Counted from the first letter of the stretch, positions 10,900-23,055 are shown. The stretch: 61,418 nucleotides of DNA from Bacteroidales bacterium (GCA_025361285.1 JANYAP010000019.1:1-61418); one strand, 5' to 3'. Made by a program: numbers and translations. Notes: generated by a model not told the origin, from the sequence alone.

Positions 10900-11205
10900 A
10901 TGAGTCAAAAGATTAGAATAAAGCTCAAGTCCTACGATCATAATTTGGTTGATAAATCAGCCGAAAAAATCGTTAAGACCGTAAAGTCTACGGGCGCAGT
11001 GGTGAGCGGACCGATTCCACTGCCTACCCATAAGAAGGTGTTTACTGTACTTCGTTCACCTTTTGTAAACAAAAAATCGAGAGAGCAATTTGAGCTTTCT
11101 TCTTACAAAAGGCTAATGGACATTTATAGTTCCACCCCAAAGACCATTGATGCTCTAATGAAGTTAGAGTTGCCCAGTGGCGTAGAAGTAGAAATTAAGG
11201 TCTGA
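10900..11205 (+). CDS. rpsJ: 30S ribosomal protein S10
   Basis: [14 protein letters not shown]; start corrected to ATG 10900. Confidence 0.98.
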   Translation: MSQKIRIKLKSYDHNLVDKSAEKIVKTVKSTGAVVSGPIPLPTHKKVFTVLRSPFVNKKSREQFELSSYKRLMDIYSSTPKTIDALMKLELPSGVEVEIKV

Positions 11206-11231
11206 TAGGAACATTTAAAAATTAAAAAATT

Positions 11232-11849
11232 ATGTCAGGACTAATTGGGAGAAAGATTGGAATGACTTCCATCTTCTCCGAAGACGGAAAGAACGTAGCC
11301 GTTACTGTTATCGAAGCGGGACCTTGTGTAGTAACACAAGTTAAAACTGCCGAAACAGACGGGTACAGTGCTTTACAAGTTGCATTCGACGACAAAAAGG
11401 AAAAATCAAGCAACAAACCTCAAATTGGCCACTTTAAAAAAGCCAATACAACGCCTAAACGCAAAGTTGTTGAAATTGAAAATGAAAATCCCAATGTCAA
11501 ATTAGGCGATGTTTTAACAGCCGATTTATTAGTCGATTTAGAATTTGTCGATATCATCGGAATAACCATTGGAAAAGGTTTTCAAGGTGTTGTTAAACGA
11601 CACGGATTTAGCGGAGTTGGTGGAGCTACACATGGTCAGCACAACAGGCTTCGTGCTCCAGGTTCAATGGGCGCATCGTCGTACCCTTCCCGAGTATTTA
11701 AAGGAAAGCGTATGGCTGGTCAAATGGGCGGAGATCAGGTTAAAATACAAAACCTGCAGGTTATAAAAGTTGTCCCTGAAAATAATCTTCTTTTAGTGAA
11801 AGGTTCTGTTCCAGGATCAAAAGGTTCATATTTAATTATTGAATACTGA
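11232..11849 (+). CDS. rplC: 50S ribosomal protein L3
   Basis: [13 protein letters not shown]; S10 operon order. Confidence 0.98.
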   Translation: MSGLIGRKIGMTSIFSEDGKNVAVTVIEAGPCVVTQVKTAETDGYSALQVAFDDKKEKSSNKPQIGHFKKANTTPKRKVVEIENENPNVKLGDVLTADLLVDLEFVDIIGITIGKGFQGVVKRHGFSGVGGATHGQHNRLRAPGSMGASSYPSRVFKGKRMAGQMGGDQVKIQNLQVIKVVPENNLLLVKGSVPGSKGSYLIIEY

Positions 11850-12475
11850 TGGAAGTAGCAGTTTTAAATACCGCAGGCCAGGAAACGGGTAGGAAAATAG
11901 TTCTCGAAGATTCGATATTTGCTATCGAAGCCAACGATCACGCTATTTATCTCGATGTGAAACAATATCTGGCAAATAAGCGTCAAGGTACCCACAAATC
12001 GAAAGAACGTTGGGAAGTAGCTTATAGCACACGAAAAATTAAGAAACAAAAAGGAACTGGCGGAGCTCGCGCTGGTAGTATTAAATCTCCATTATTTATT
12101 GGTGGTGGACGCGTTTTTGGACCGCAACCTAGAGATTATAGCTTTAAGCTTAATAAGAAGGTTAAACAACTTGCTCGTTTATCCGCTTTAGCTCATAAAG
12201 CAATCAATAATAGTATCCTAGTTGTTGAAGATTTTACCTTCGAGACTCCTAAAACAAAGGAATTTATTCAGATCGATAAAAATTTGAAAATAAATGCGAA
12301 AAAATCGCTTTACATTGTATCTGAACAAAATAAAAGTCTATATTTGTCATCTCGCAATTTAGAGGGTAAAAAGGTTGTAATTCTCTCTGATATAAACACA
12401 TACGATATCATGAACGCTTCAGTTTTGGTATTTATGGAGGGAACGATTAAAGCTTTACAACAAAACGATTTATAA
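11849..12475 (+). CDS. rplD: 50S ribosomal protein L4
   Basis: [15 protein letters not shown]. Confidence 0.98.
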   Translation: MEVAVLNTAGQETGRKIVLEDSIFAIEANDHAIYLDVKQYLANKRQGTHKSKERWEVAYSTRKIKKQKGTGGARAGSIKSPLFIGGGRVFGPQPRDYSFKLNKKVKQLARLSALAHKAINNSILVVEDFTFETPKTKEFIQIDKNLKINAKKSLYIVSEQNKSLYLSSRNLEGKKVVILSDINTYDIMNASVLVFMEGTIKALQQNDL

Positions 12476-12486
12476 ATAAAGGAATA

Positions 12487-12783
12487 ATGTCAACTGAAAT
12501 TCTAATACGACCTATTGTAACTGAGAAACTTACAGTTCTTGGCGAAAAGCTTAACCGCTATGGGTTTATGGTAGATCCTCGAGCTAATAAACTTGAGATT
12601 AAAGAGGCGATTAAAGAATTATATGGCGTTACTGTTGCCGCCGTGAATACTATTAAATATTCAGGGAAAGTAAAATCACGGAATACAAAATCCGGAATTA
12701 TTACTGGTAGAAAAAACGCATATAAAAAGGCAATGATTACCTTGGGACAAGGAGAAAAGATTGATTTTTACAGCAACATCTAA
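12487..12783 (+). CDS. rplW: 50S ribosomal protein L23
   Basis: PIVTEK, YKKA. Confidence 0.98.
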   Translation: MSTEILIRPIVTEKLTVLGEKLNRYGFMVDPRANKLEIKEAIKELYGVTVAAVNTIKYSGKVKSRNTKSGIITGRKNAYKKAMITLGQGEKIDFYSNI

Positions 12784-12789
12784 ATCGCC

Positions 12790-13614
12790 ATGGCAGTACG
12801 TAAATTAAAACCTGTAACACCAGGTCAAAGACATAAGATAATAAGCACATTCGATGAAATTACTTGTGCGGTACCCGAAAAATCGTTACTCGAACCTTTA
12901 AAAAGATCGGGCGGACGTAATCACAGCGGTAAGATGACCATGCGCTACCTCGGTGGCGGACACAAGAAAATGTATCGATTAATCGATTTCTTACGAGATA
13001 AAGATGGTATTCCTGCTGTTGTTAAAACAATAGAATACGATCCTAATAGAACAGGTCGCATAGCACTAATAGTTTATGCCGACGACGAAAAGAGGTATAT
13101 CATTGCTCCTCATGGACTTAAAGTAGGTCAAACAGTAATCTCTGGTAACAATGTACCTCCTGAAATAGGAAACACCTTACCAATGACTGATATACCACTC
13201 GGTACTATTATTCATAACATCGAATTACGTCCAGGACAAGGTGGTATAATGGCTCGTAGCGCTGGTTCTTACGCACAGTTATTATCTCGCGAAGGAAAAT
13301 TTGCAATCATTAAATTACCTTCAGGTGAAACTCGAATGGTGTTAGTAAATTGCAAAGCAACAATAGGTTCGGTTTCAAACCCCGACCATTCTATCGAAAA
13401 ATCGGGTAAAGCTGGTCGTAGCCGTTGGTTGGGTCGTCGTCCTCGAACTCGTGGAGTTGCAATGAATCCAGTAGATCACCCAATGGGTGGTGGCGAAGGT
13501 CGTGCCTCAGGTGGTCACCCACGTTCACGTAAGGGTTTACCAGCTAAAGGGTTTAAAACCAGAGCTAAGAAAAAGGATTCGAATAAATATATTATTGAGA
13601 AAAGAAAAAAATAA
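12790..13614 (+). CDS. rplB: 50S ribosomal protein L2
   Basis: [21 protein letters not shown]. Confidence 0.99.
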   Translation: MAVRKLKPVTPGQRHKIISTFDEITCAVPEKSLLEPLKRSGGRNHSGKMTMRYLGGGHKKMYRLIDFLRDKDGIPAVVKTIEYDPNRTGRIALIVYADDEKRYIIAPHGLKVGQTVISGNNVPPEIGNTLPMTDIPLGTIIHNIELRPGQGGIMARSAGSYAQLLSREGKFAIIKLPSGETRMVLVNCKATIGSVSNPDHSIEKSGKAGRSRWLGRRPRTRGVAMNPVDHPMGGGEGRASGGHPRSRKGLPAKGFKTRAKKKDSNKYIIEKRKK

Positions 13615-13633
13615 CAGCATTAATTAACTGAAT

Positions 13634-13909
13634 ATGAGTCGATCATTAAAAAAAGGTCCATTCATCGATTTTAAGCTCGAGAAAAAAGTTCTCGACCTAA
13701 ATGAAAACAACAAAAAAACAGTTGTTAAAACTTGGGCTAGGCGTTCGATGATTTCACCTGATTTTGTAGGTCATACCGTAGCGGTACACAATGGGAATAA
13801 ATTTATTCCCGTATATGTAACCGAAAATATGGTAGGACATAAACTTGGAGAATTTTCACCAACTCGTACGTTCCGTGGACATTCAGGAAACAGAAAAGAT
13901 TCAAAATAA
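13634..13909 (+). CDS. rpsS: 30S ribosomal protein S19
   Basis: [19 protein letters not shown]. Confidence 0.99.
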   Translation: MSRSLKKGPFIDFKLEKKVLDLNENNKKTVVKTWARRSMISPDFVGHTVAVHNGNKFIPVYVTENMVGHKLGEFSPTRTFRGHSGNRKDSK

Positions 13910-13937
13910 GCAAAAACCCGAAAAAATTTAATGTAAT

Positions 13938-14354
13938 ATGGGGGCTAGAAAAAGAGAATTTGCCAACAGGCTTAAAGAAGAAAGAAAGAACAAGAGTTTT
14001 GCTGTTCTTCGTAAATGTCCCTCATCGCCACGTAAGATGCGTTATGTAGTCGATATGATTCGCGGTGTTGAGGTTAACAGGGCTCTTGATATTCTTAAGT
14101 TTTCAAATAAAGAAGCAGCAGGAAGTGTTGAGAAACTACTTCTTTCGGCAATAAAAAATTGGGAAGTAAAGAACGAAGGATCAAGAGTGGAAGATAGCAA
14201 CCTTATTGTTAAAGAGGTGTTTGTTGACTGCGGTACTATGGTAAAACGTATGAAAACCGCTCCACAAGGCAGAGCTTATCGCATTCGCAAAAGATCAAAT
14301 CATGTTACAGTGATTATAGATAGTGCAATAATTAGTGCAACTCAAACAAAATAA
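13938..14354 (+). CDS. rplV: 50S ribosomal protein L22
   Basis: [13 protein letters not shown]. Confidence 0.98.
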   Translation: MGARKREFANRLKEERKNKSFAVLRKCPSSPRKMRYVVDMIRGVEVNRALDILKFSNKEAAGSVEKLLLSAIKNWEVKNEGSRVEDSNLIVKEVFVDCGTMVKRMKTAPQGRAYRIRKRSNHVTVIIDSAIISATQTK

Positions 14355-14360
14355 TTTGTA

Positions 14361-15116
14361 ATGGGAAACAAAGTTAATCCAATATCAAACAGACTTGGAA
14401 TAATACGAGGATGGGATTCTAATTGGTATGGCGGAAGAAATTTCGGCAGTAAATTGGTTGAAGACTACAAAATACGCGAATATCTTAATGCACGTTTGGC
14501 AAAAGCCAGTGTTTCGAAGATAATTATCGAAAGAACATTAAAACTTATAACTGTAACAGTTAATACTGCTCGTCCTGGTATCATTATTGGAAAAGGCGGA
14601 CAGGAAGTTGATAAGCTTAAAGAGGAATTAAAAAAGATAACTAACAAGGAAGTTCAAATTAATATCTTTGAAGTAAAACGTCCTGAATTAGACGCAGTTA
14701 TTGTAGCAAATAATATCGCTCGCCAAGTAGAAGGTAAAATTTCGTATCGTCGTGCAATAAAAATGGCTATCGCCTCCACCATCCGCATGGGTGCCGAAGG
14801 TGTAAAAGTTATTGCATCAGGTCGCTTAGGCGGTGCCGAAATGGCTCGTTCGGAAATGTATAAAGAAGGACGTATTCCATTGCATACTTTCCGTGCCGAT
14901 ATCGATTATGCATTGGGTGAAGCACTTACGAAGGTAGGGCAAATAGGTATCAAAGTTTGGATATGCAATGGCGAAGTTTACGGACGCCGCGATTTAGCAC
15001 CAAATGTGGGACAAATACCTGCTACTGGAAGTAACAACAACACCAGCAATAACAACAATAATAACAACCGACCTGGTGGTGGCAAAGGTCAAGGCTTCAA
15101 AAAGAAAAGAAAATAA
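14361..15116 (+). CDS. rpsC: 30S ribosomal protein S3
   Basis: [20 protein letters not shown]; Asn-rich tail. Confidence 0.99.
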   Translation: MGNKVNPISNRLGIIRGWDSNWYGGRNFGSKLVEDYKIREYLNARLAKASVSKIIIERTLKLITVTVNTARPGIIIGKGGQEVDKLKEELKKITNKEVQINIFEVKRPELDAVIVANNIARQVEGKISYRRAIKMAIASTIRMGAEGVKVIASGRLGGAEMARSEMYKEGRIPLHTFRADIDYALGEALTKVGQIGIKVWICNGEVYGRRDLAPNVGQIPATGSNNNTSNNNNNNNRPGGGKGQGFKKKRK

Positions 15117-15147
15117 ACTTTTGGTTTACAATTTAAGTTAAATAAGA

Positions 15148-15573
15148 ATGTTACAACCGAAGAAAACTAAATATAGAAGGGCGCAAAAAGGACGAATGAA
15201 GGGTTTTGCTCAACGTGGACACGAGCTATCCTTTGGATCATTCGCAATTAAGGCCTTAGAAAATGCCTGGATAACAGGTCGTCAAATAGAAGCAGCCCGT
15301 CAGGCGGTAACACGTTTCATGAAACGTGAAGGACAAATTTGGATCCGTATTTTTCCAGATAAGCCTATTACAAAAAAGCCAGCTGAAGTACGTATGGGTA
15401 AAGGTAAAGGCGCTCCCGAAGGGTTCGTTGCACCTATAACTCCAGGTCGGATAATAATCGAAGCTGAAGGCGTTCCCTTTGAAGTTGCTAAAGAAGCCCT
15501 TCGTTTGGCCGCTCAAAAGTTACCAATTAAAACTAAATTTATCGTTCGACGTGATTACGATTACGCTGAATAA
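15148..15573 (+). CDS. rplP: 50S ribosomal protein L16
   Basis: MLQPK, RMGKGKG. Confidence 0.99.
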   Translation: MLQPKKTKYRRAQKGRMKGFAQRGHELSFGSFAIKALENAWITGRQIEAARQAVTRFMKREGQIWIRIFPDKPITKKPAEVRMGKGKGAPEGFVAPITPGRIIIEAEGVPFEVAKEALRLAAQKLPIKTKFIVRRDYDYAE

Positions 15574-15585
15574 CAAACTGTAATA

Positions 15586-15783
15586 ATGAAAACGGCAGAA
15601 ATTAGAGAATTAACAAGCAAAGAGATTCAAGAGCGAATCGATGCGGAAAGAAGTACACTGGTTCGTATGAAGTTGAACCATGTTGTTTCGCCTCTCGATA
15701 ATCCTTTAAAAATTACGTATATTCGTAAAGAAATCGCACGATTGATGACTATTTTACGTCAAAAATCCTTAACCAATCAATAG
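15586..15783 (+). CDS. rpmC: 50S ribosomal protein L29
   Basis: [10 protein letters not shown]; operon position. Confidence 0.97.
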   Translation: MKTAEIRELTSKEIQERIDAERSTLVRMKLNHVVSPLDNPLKITYIRKEIARLMTILRQKSLTNQ

Positions 15784-15785
15784 TT

Positions 15786-16058
15786 ATGCTGGTTGAAAAT
15801 ATGGAAACTAGAAAATTAAGAAAAGTACGCGAAGGCGTGGTTGTAAGCAATAAGATGGATAAAACCATAGTTATTGCTGTAAAACGGAAAGTTAAACATC
15901 CGATTTATCATAAATTTGTAAATAAAACCTCTAAGTTATACGCTCACGACGAGGACAATACCTGCAGTATAGGTGATACTGTTCGTATAATGGAAACTCG
16001 ACCGCTTAGCAAGAACAAAAACTGGAGACTTGTTGAAATAACTGAAAAGGTGAAATAA
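15786..16058 (+). CDS. rpsQ: 30S ribosomal protein S17 (start may be 15801)
   Basis: [18 protein letters not shown]. Confidence 0.98.
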   Translation: MLVENMETRKLRKVREGVVVSNKMDKTIVIAVKRKVKHPIYHKFVNKTSKLYAHDEDNTCSIGDTVRIMETRPLSKNKNWRLVEITEKVK

Positions 16059-16060
16059 TC

Positions 16061-16426
16061 ATGATACAACAGGAAAGCAGATTATCAGTAGCCGACAATA
16101 GCGGTGCCAAAGAAGTAATGTGTATAAAAGTACTTGGGGGTACTCGTAAACGATACGCATCAGTAGGAGATAAAATTGTAGTAGCAATAAAAAGTGCCAT
16201 ACCTTCGGGTGAAGCAAAAAAGGGCACTGTAAGCAAAGCTGTAGTTGTTCGCACAAAGAAAGAAATACGCCGCGTCGACGGTTCGTATATTCGCTTCGAC
16301 GACAATGCAGTAGTGCTGTTAAACCAAGCAGAAGAAATTCGCGGAACACGTATCTTTGGTCCGGTAGCCAGAGAACTTCGTGAGAATTTCATGAAAATTA
16401 TTTCACTTGCTCCGGAGGTATTATAA
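16061..16426 (+). CDS. rplN: 50S ribosomal protein L14
   Basis: [20 protein letters not shown]. Confidence 0.99.
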   Translation: MIQQESRLSVADNSGAKEVMCIKVLGGTRKRYASVGDKIVVAIKSAIPSGEAKKGTVSKAVVVRTKKEIRRVDGSYIRFDDNAVVLLNQAEEIRGTRIFGPVARELRENFMKIISLAPEVL

Positions 16427-16444
16427 TATAATAGAATTTCAATA

Positions 16445-16768
16445 ATGGGCATGAAATTACATATTAAAAAGGGCGACGTGGTTTTCGTTAATGCTGGCGA
16501 CAATAAAGGCAAGCAAGGACGAGTACTTGAAGTTCTTGTGAAAAAGAGCAAAGCCATCGTTGAAGGGATAAATATGGTATCTAAACATACCAAACCCAAC
16601 GCAAAGGCACAACAAGGCGGTATTATTAAAAAAGAAGCACCTGTTCACATTTCTAATCTGAATCTTATCGATCCAGCATCGGGAAAACCAACAAGAATAG
16701 GTCGTAAATTGAATGACAAAAGCCAATTGGTACGTTATTCAAAAAAATCAGGGGAGGAAATTAAGTAA
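16445..16768 (+). CDS. rplX: 50S ribosomal protein L24
   Basis: IKKGD KOW motif, EAPVHISN. Confidence 0.98.
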   Translation: MGMKLHIKKGDVVFVNAGDNKGKQGRVLEVLVKKSKAIVEGINMVSKHTKPNAKAQQGGIIKKEAPVHISNLNLIDPASGKPTRIGRKLNDKSQLVRYSKKSGEEIK

Positions 16769-17322
16769 TGAGCTACACTCCAAATCTTAAGACAAAATAC
16801 AAAGAGGAAGTTATTCCTGCACTGATGAAGGAATTTAAGTACAAATCAGTTATGCAGGTTCCTAAGTTGGAAAAAATAGTTATCAACCAAGGTATTGGCG
16901 GCGCAGTGGCCGACAAGAAAATTGTTGAAACAGCTATTAACGAGATAACCACAATTACAGGGCAAAAAGCAATAGCTACCCTATCAAAAAAGGATATTTC
17001 GAACTTTAAGTTGCGTAAAGCTAGTCCAATTGGTGTAAAGGTTACACTACGTGCCGAACGTATGTACGAATTTCTTGAGCGTGTAATTAACGCTTCATTA
17101 CCTCGTATTCGCGATTTCAAAGGGATTAATAATAAGATGGATGGTCGTGGTAACTACACATTAGGTATTACCGAGCAAATTATCTTCCCCGAAATTGATA
17201 TCGATAAGATTACTAAGATAATGGGAATGGAAATATCGTTTGTTACAACAGCTAAAACCGACGAAGAAGGATTTGCATTATTACGTGAGTACGGAATACC
17301 TTTTAAATCAAATAAAAAGTAA
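16768..17322 (+). CDS. rplE: 50S ribosomal protein L5
   Basis: [15 protein letters not shown]. Confidence 0.99.
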   Translation: MSYTPNLKTKYKEEVIPALMKEFKYKSVMQVPKLEKIVINQGIGGAVADKKIVETAINEITTITGQKAIATLSKKDISNFKLRKASPIGVKVTLRAERMYEFLERVINASLPRIRDFKGINNKMDGRGNYTLGITEQIIFPEIDIDKITKIMGMEISFVTTAKTDEEGFALLREYGIPFKSNKK

Positions 17323-17324
17323 TT

Positions 17325-17594
17325 ATGGCCAAAGAATCAATGAAAGCACGCGAAGTGAAACGTGCAAAATTGGTAGCGAAATATGCTGCAAAGCGCGAGC
17401 AATTAAAAAAGGAAGGGAACTTTCAGGCACTTAGTTTGTTGCCAAAAAACTCCAGCCCGGTACGTTTGCATAACCGCTGCTTAATTACAGGCAGACCAAA
17501 AGGTTACATACGTCAATTTGGTGTAAGTCGTATTACCTTTCGTGAAATGGCATCGAATGGATTAATACCAGGAATAAAGAAAGCTAGCTGGTAA
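17325..17594 (+). CDS. rpsN: 30S ribosomal protein S14 (89 aa, non-zinc type)
   Basis: MAKESM...NRCLITGR...KASW. Confidence 0.98.
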   Translation: MAKESMKAREVKRAKLVAKYAAKREQLKKEGNFQALSLLPKNSSPVRLHNRCLITGRPKGYIRQFGVSRITFREMASNGLIPGIKKASW

Positions 17595-17626
17595 ACAAAA
17601 GAATTTAAAATTTAACAATCTGAATA

Positions 17627-18022
17627 ATGACAGATCCAATTGCAGATTTATTAACCCGGATCCGGAACGGTATCAATGCAAGGCACAAAGTAGTAGAGAT
17701 TCCGGCCTCAAACATGAAAAAAGGGATCACAAAAATACTTTTTGAGAAAGGTTATATTCTGAACTATAAGTTCGAAGACGAAGGCCCTCAAGGTAAAATT
17801 AAAATTGCGTTGAAGTATCATCCCGAAACTAAAATTTCAGCTATTCGAACCATTAAGAGTATTAGTACTCCAGGTTTACGTAAGTACGTTGGAAAAGAAG
17901 AACTTCCACGTGTATTGAATGGCTTGGGAATTGCTATAATGTCAACTTCACAAGGATTGATGACCGATAAAGAAGCTCGTGTTCTAAGTATCGGCGGTGA
18001 AGTAGTTTGCTACGTATATTAA
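17627..18022 (+). CDS. rpsH: 30S ribosomal protein S8
   Basis: [17 protein letters not shown]. Confidence 0.99.
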   Translation: MTDPIADLLTRIRNGINARHKVVEIPASNMKKGITKILFEKGYILNYKFEDEGPQGKIKIALKYHPETKISAIRTIKSISTPGLRKYVGKEELPRVLNGLGIAIMSTSQGLMTDKEARVLSIGGEVVCYVY

Positions 18023-18040
18023 ATATTTGGAGGATTATCA

Positions 18041-18598
18041 ATGTCAAGGATTGGAAAACTACCCATTACTTTGCCTGAGAAGGTTACTGTAAGTGTTGGT
18101 AAAGAAAATATTATTACAGTTAAAGGCCCTTTAGGTGAATTAACACAGAAGGTAGATGCCGATATTAGTGTTGCTATTGAAGGTAACGTTGTTGTAGTAA
18201 GTCGCCCTACCGATCAGCGTCGTCATCGTGCGTTGCATGGTTTGTACCGCTCACTTATCAATAATATGATAATTGGTGTTTCTGCTGGATATACTATTAA
18301 GCAAGAGCTTGTTGGTGTTGGGTTTCGTGCCGAAGCTAAAGGGCAAATTCTTGAGATGTCGTTAGGTTTTTCTCACGATTTAGTTCTGCAACTTCCAACT
18401 GAAATTAAGGTTGCCGCAGTTACCGATAAACGAGCAAACCCTATTATTACACTTACTAGTGTCGATAAGCAATTAATTGGGCAAGTAGCAGCAAAAATAC
18501 GTTCGTTACGTGCTCCAGAACCTTATAAAGGCAAGGGTATTAAATTTGTAGGAGAACAATTACGCAGAAAAGCAGGTAAATCTGCTGGTGCAAAATAA
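18041..18598 (+). CDS. rplF: 50S ribosomal protein L6
   Basis: MSRIGK, PEPYKGKG. Confidence 0.99.
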   Translation: MSRIGKLPITLPEKVTVSVGKENIITVKGPLGELTQKVDADISVAIEGNVVVVSRPTDQRRHRALHGLYRSLINNMIIGVSAGYTIKQELVGVGFRAEAKGQILEMSLGFSHDLVLQLPTEIKVAAVTDKRANPIITLTSVDKQLIGQVAAKIRSLRAPEPYKGKGIKFVGEQLRRKAGKSAGAK

Positions 18599-18614
18599 GT
18601 TAATCATTTGAGCT

Positions 18615-18974
18615 ATGGCTTTATCTAAGCAGGACAGAAGAACAAGAATTAGAAAAAGAATACGGAAAGTAATTTCTGGAACAAATGAAAGGCCAAGAAT
18701 GGCCATATTCAGAAGTAACAAAGGTATATACGTTCAATTAATCGACGATCAAGCAGGTAAAACACTTGTTTCAGTTTCATCGAAAGTAAAAGAGATATCG
18801 GAACAAAAGGATGTACCTAAATTAGAGCAAGCCAAGCTTGTAGGTAAATTAATTGCAACCAAAGCAATTGAAAAAGGTATATCGGCTGTTGTTTTCGACA
18901 GAGGTGGCTACTTGTATCACGGAAGAGTTAAATCATTAGCAGATGCTGCCAGAGAAGGCGGTCTTAAATTCTAA
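18615..18974 (+). CDS. rplR: 50S ribosomal protein L18
   Basis: [12 protein letters not shown]. Confidence 0.99.
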   Translation: MALSKQDRRTRIRKRIRKVISGTNERPRMAIFRSNKGIYVQLIDDQAGKTLVSVSSKVKEISEQKDVPKLEQAKLVGKLIATKAIEKGISAVVFDRGGYLYHGRVKSLADAAREGGLKF

Positions 18975-18981
18975 TTACATT

Positions 18982-19497
18982 ATGACAAACAGTATTCGAA
19001 AAGTAAAAACAACCGATATAGAACTTAAAGACAGGCTCGTTAGTATTCAGCGTGTTACAAAGGTTACAAAGGGTGGTCGCACATTTAGTTTTTCTGCAAT
19101 TGTTGTAGTAGGTAACGAAAATGGTGTTGTAGGTTATGGATTAGGAAAAGCGAGTGAAGTTACTACTGCTATTTCTAAAGGAATAGAAGATGCTAAAAAG
19201 AATCTTATTAAGGTTCCTGTCTATAAGCGCACTATTCCGCACGAACAATATGCAAAGTTTGGTGGCGCTCAGGTATTTTTAAAGCCTGCATCGAGTGGAA
19301 CTGGTGTAAAAGCTGGTGGTGCGATGCGTGCAGTACTCGAAAGCGTTGGAATACACGATGTATTAGCAAAATCTAAAGGATCGTCGAACCCTCACAATTT
19401 GGTGAAAGCCACTTTTGAAGCATTAACTCTAATGCGTGACGCATTTACAGTAGCTCAGCAAAGAGGAATAAGTATGAACAAAGTATTTAACGGATAA
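18982..19497 (+). CDS. rpsE: 30S ribosomal protein S5
   Basis: [10 protein letters not shown]; start corrected to ATG 18982. Confidence 0.98.
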   Translation: MTNSIRKVKTTDIELKDRLVSIQRVTKVTKGGRTFSFSAIVVVGNENGVVGYGLGKASEVTTAISKGIEDAKKNLIKVPVYKRTIPHEQYAKFGGAQVFLKPASSGTGVKAGGAMRAVLESVGIHDVLAKSKGSSNPHNLVKATFEALTLMRDAFTVAQQRGISMNKVFNG

Positions 19498-19503
19498 CGA
19501 GCG

Positions 19504-19683
19504 ATGGCTAAAATTAGAATACAATTAACCAGAGGATTGAGCGGACACACTAAACGCCAACAAGATACCGTTAAGGCTCTTGGTTTAGGTAAAGTAAATA
19601 GTAGTGTTGAAAAGGAAGCAACTCCTGCAATACTTGGTATGGTTGCCAAAGTACAACATTTAGTGGTAACAGAAAATATTTAA
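19504..19683 (+). CDS. rpmD: 50S ribosomal protein L30 (absent from the ORF track)
   Basis: Manual translation [59 protein letters not shown]. Confidence 0.96.
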   Translation: MAKIRIQLTRGLSGHTKRQQDTVKALGLGKVNSSVEKEATPAILGMVAKVQHLVVTENI

Positions 19684-19706
19684 AATATTATAATAATATC
19701 TTAATC

Positions 19707-20156
19707 ATGGAGTTAAGTAATTTAAAACCTGCGTGTGGCTCAACTCAAAAGCAAGGAAAACGTTTAGGACGTGGGCAAGGAAGTGGTAGAGGCGGAACAT
19801 CTACACGTGGGCATAAGGGACAGGCATCAGTTTCTGGCTTTTCTCATAAGTTAGGTTTTGAAGGCGGTCAAATGCCAATTCAACGTCGGTTACCAAAATT
19901 CGGATTTAAAAACGTTAATAGAGTTGAATATAAGGGTGTCAATATTCAAACCCTCGAAGATTTAGCTATTAAAACAGGAATAAGCAGCATTGATGTACAA
20001 ACTTTAGTCGATGCAGGTCTAACTCCTAAAAATAAATTAGTTAAAATTCTGGGTAACGGAAAATTAACCGCAAAATTGGAAGTTAAAGCTAATGCTTTCT
20101 CCAAATCTGCAAAAGAAGCTATCGAAGCATTACAAGGAACCGCTATAATACTATAG
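19707..20156 (+). CDS. rplO: 50S ribosomal protein L15
   Basis: GRGQGSG, GFEGGQMP. Confidence 0.99.
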   Translation: MELSNLKPACGSTQKQGKRLGRGQGSGRGGTSTRGHKGQASVSGFSHKLGFEGGQMPIQRRLPKFGFKNVNRVEYKGVNIQTLEDLAIKTGISSIDVQTLVDAGLTPKNKLVKILGNGKLTAKLEVKANAFSKSAKEAIEALQGTAIIL

Positions 20157-20160
20157 TTTA

Positions 20161-21489
20161 ATGAAGGCCTTTATTGAGACATTAAAAAACATTTACAAGA
20201 TTGAGGATCTTAGAGCTAGGATACTATATACCTTGCTTATACTTCTTGTATATCGATTAGGATCGTTTGTAACCCTTCCTGGGATTGATCCTACGCAGCT
20301 AGCTGGACTTAAAAAACAAACTTCTGAAGGTGTATTAGGGTTGTTAGATATGTTTTCGGGTGGAGCTTTTTCTCATGCTTCTGTTTTTGCACTAGGAATA
20401 ATGCCTTATATATCAGCTTCTATTGTTATTCAATTATTAACAATAGCAATTCCTTATTTCCAGCGTTTACAGCGTGAAGGTGAAAGCGGACGAAGAAAAA
20501 TAAATCAACTTACTCGATATCTTACACTTGGAATTTTAGTGTTACAAGCCCCTAGTTATATTGCTAATTTAGGTGCTCAAATTCCCGAATCGGCCTTTAT
20601 AATGAAAGGTGCCCTGTTTACAATATCATCTGTAATTATCCTAGCTTGCGGCACTATATTTGTAATGTGGCTAGGTGAACGTATTACTGAAAAGGGAATT
20701 GGAAACGGAATATCATTAATCATAATGATTGGAATTATTGCAAGGTTACCTTTCGCGTTTAGTACAGAACTTGTGGCACGTATCGAACGACAAGGTGGTG
20801 GTTTAGTAGCCTTTCTTGTTGAGATTGTGATGCTATTTTTGGTAGTTCTTATTACTATTCTTTTAGTTCAAGGGACTCGAAAGATACCTGTTCAATATGC
20901 AAAACGCATTGTAGGTAACAAACAGTACGGCGGAGTTAGGCAGTACATCCCTCTTAAAGTTAATGCTGCCGGCGTAATGCCAATAATTTTTGCACAAGCA
21001 TTAATGTTTATACCTATCACAGTAACGCAATACGCTAATTCCGATACTCTTAAAGGTTTTGGTGCTGCATTTGCCGATTTTTCAGGTGTATGGTATAATT
21101 TAACATTTGCAATTTTAATTATCTTATTTACATATTTTTACACTGCCATTACTATTAATCCAACGCAAATGGCTGAGGATATGAAGAAAAATGGCGGGTT
21201 TATTCCTGGTGTTAAACCTGGGAAGAAAACGGTGGAATACCTCGATGATATTATGTCGAGAATAACATTACCAGGTTCGATGTTTTTGGCTTTGGTAGCT
21301 ATTTTGCCAGCATTTGCTATGAATTTTGGTATAAGTAATCAGTTTGCTCATTTTTATGGAGGCACTACTCTATTGATTATGGTAGGTGTAGTACTCGATA
21401 CTTTACAACAAATTGAAAGTCATTTATTAATGCGTCATTACGATGGTTTAATGAAAACAGGACGTATTAAAGGTAGATATGGATCTTAA
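20161..21489 (+). CDS. secY: Preprotein translocase SecY
   Basis: LGIMPYISASI, AGVMPIIFA. Confidence 0.99.
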   Translation: MKAFIETLKNIYKIEDLRARILYTLLILLVYRLGSFVTLPGIDPTQLAGLKKQTSEGVLGLLDMFSGGAFSHASVFALGIMPYISASIVIQLLTIAIPYFQRLQREGESGRRKINQLTRYLTLGILVLQAPSYIANLGAQIPESAFIMKGALFTISSVIILACGTIFVMWLGERITEKGIGNGISLIIMIGIIARLPFAFSTELVARIERQGGGLVAFLVEIVMLFLVVLITILLVQGTRKIPVQYAKRIVGNKQYGGVRQYIPLKVNAAGVMPIIFAQALMFIPITVTQYANSDTLKGFGAAFADFSGVWYNLTFAILIILFTYFYTAITINPTQMAEDMKKNGGFIPGVKPGKKTVEYLDDIMSRITLPGSMFLALVAILPAFAMNFGISNQFAHFYGGTTLLIMVGVVLDTLQQIESHLLMRHYDGLMKTGRIKGRYGS

Positions 21490-21510
21490 CGATTCAATTA
21501 ATTACGTTCT

Positions 21511-22290
21511 TTGATGAATCTTTGCAAGACCGATGATGAAATTGAATTAATGAAGCTTAGTAATCGACTAGTTACAGACGTACTAGCCGAAGTAGCAAAA
21601 TTAATTCGTCCAGGAGTTACAACAAAAAGGCTCGATAGTGTGGCTGAGGAGTTTATCAGATCGCACCACGGCATACCTGGTTTTCTTGGTTATAGTGGTT
21701 TTCCGAATACCTTGTGCACTTCTATTAATTTCGAAGTTGTTCATGGAATACCCTCGAATACCGAATTGGTTGATGGGGACATTATTTCGGTTGATTGCGG
21801 AGTAGTTTTAAATGGCTATTATGGAGATTGCGCCTACACTTTTGTGGTAGGAGAAATTTCCGAAGAGGTAAAAAAACTTCTAAAGGTAACTAAGGAATGT
21901 CTTTTTATAGGAGCCGCCAAAGCAATCGTTGGTAATCGTATCGGCGATATTAGTTTTGCAGTTCAACAGCATGCCGAATCGAATGGTTATTCGGTGGTTC
22001 GCGAAATGGTAGGTCATGGAGTTGGTAAAAAGCTTCACGAAAAGCCAGAAGTAGCAAATTACGGTAAAAAAGGTACAGGAATGAAACTTCCTAAGAACTT
22101 AACTATATGTATTGAACCCATGATTAATATGGGTGTAAAGAGTATAATTCAAGGGAAGGATGGATGGACGGTTAGAACATCGGATCGAAAACCATCGGCA
22201 CATTTCGAATTACCAGTGGCTGTAAAAGAGGGTTCGCCACTTTTTTTGTCGAGTTTTCAAGAAATTGAAGCAGTATTGAACATAAAATAG
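21511..22290 (+). CDS. map: Type I methionine aminopeptidase
   Basis: VVHGIP, GHGVG, IEPM, SAHFE. Confidence 0.97.
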   Translation: MMNLCKTDDEIELMKLSNRLVTDVLAEVAKLIRPGVTTKRLDSVAEEFIRSHHGIPGFLGYSGFPNTLCTSINFEVVHGIPSNTELVDGDIISVDCGVVLNGYYGDCAYTFVVGEISEEVKKLLKVTKECLFIGAAKAIVGNRIGDISFAVQQHAESNGYSVVREMVGHGVGKKLHEKPEVANYGKKGTGMKLPKNLTICIEPMINMGVKSIIQGKDGWTVRTSDRKPSAHFELPVAVKEGSPLFLSSFQEIEAVLNIK

Positions 22291-22295
22291 AGTAA

Positions 22296-22514
22296 ATGTC
22301 AAAACAACCGTCTATTGATCAAGATGGAACTATAATTGAGGCACTATCGAATGCCATGTTTCGGGTTGAACTCGAAAATGGACATGTGATTACTGCGCAT
22401 ATTTCCGGAAAAATGAGAATGAATTACATTAAAATTCTTCCAGGAGATAAGGTTAAAGTAGAAATGTCTCCATACGATTTAACAAAAGGTAGAATTACAT
22501 TCAGATATAAATAA
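22296..22514 (+). CDS. infA: Translation initiation factor IF-1
   Basis: [17 protein letters not shown]. Confidence 0.99.
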   Translation: MSKQPSIDQDGTIIEALSNAMFRVELENGHVITAHISGKMRMNYIKILPGDKVKVEMSPYDLTKGRITFRYK

Positions 22515-22523
22515 AAAGAGACA

Positions 22524-22640
22524 ATGAAAGTAAGAGCATCAATAAAAAAGAGGACTGAAGATTGCAAAATCGTCAGAAGAAAAGGGCGTTTGTATGTGAT
22601 CTGTAAAAAAAATCCGAAGTTTAAAATGCGTCAGGGTTAA
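22524..22640 (+). CDS. rpmJ: 50S ribosomal protein L36 (absent from the ORF track)
   Basis: Manual translation [38 protein letters not shown]. Confidence 0.97.
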   Translation: MKVRASIKKRTEDCKIVRRKGRLYVICKKNPKFKMRQG

Positions 22641-22664
22641 TTATTTAAAAATTATTAATAACAT

Positions 22665-23042
22665 ATGGCAAGAATAGCTGGTGTAGATTTACCCAAAAAT
22701 AAAAGAGGAGAGATAGGATTAACCTACATTTTTGGCATTGGTAAGAGCTCCGCTAATAGAATTCTTTCCGAGGCTGGTATTGACAGAAATGTTAAAGTAT
22801 CAGACTGGAACGATGATCAATTAGCTAAGATTCGTTTAGTTATCAATGGCGAATTTAAAGTAGAAGGCGAACTTCGTTCTTCAGTACAACTTAGTATCAA
22901 GCGTTTGATGGATATTGGTTGTTACAGAGGTGTTCGTCACCGTCTCGGATTACCTGTAAGAGGTCAAAGTACCAAAAATAATGCACGTACCAGAAAAGGT
23001 AAGAAAAAAACTATAGCAAACAAAAAGAAGGCGACTAAATAA
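22665..23042 (+). CDS. rpsM: 30S ribosomal protein S13
   Basis: [14 protein letters not shown]. Confidence 0.99.
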   Translation: MARIAGVDLPKNKRGEIGLTYIFGIGKSSANRILSEAGIDRNVKVSDWNDDQLAKIRLVINGEFKVEGELRSSVQLSIKRLMDIGCYRGVRHRLGLPVRGQSTKNNARTRKGKKKTIANKKKATK

Positions 23043-23055
23043 GAGTAATTAGATT

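Noticed and set aside
16006-16599. Long antisense ORFs over conserved genes (also 28532-29008, 34495-34959, 43440-43988)
   Set aside because: Shadow ORFs of well-supported genes with no independent motifs.
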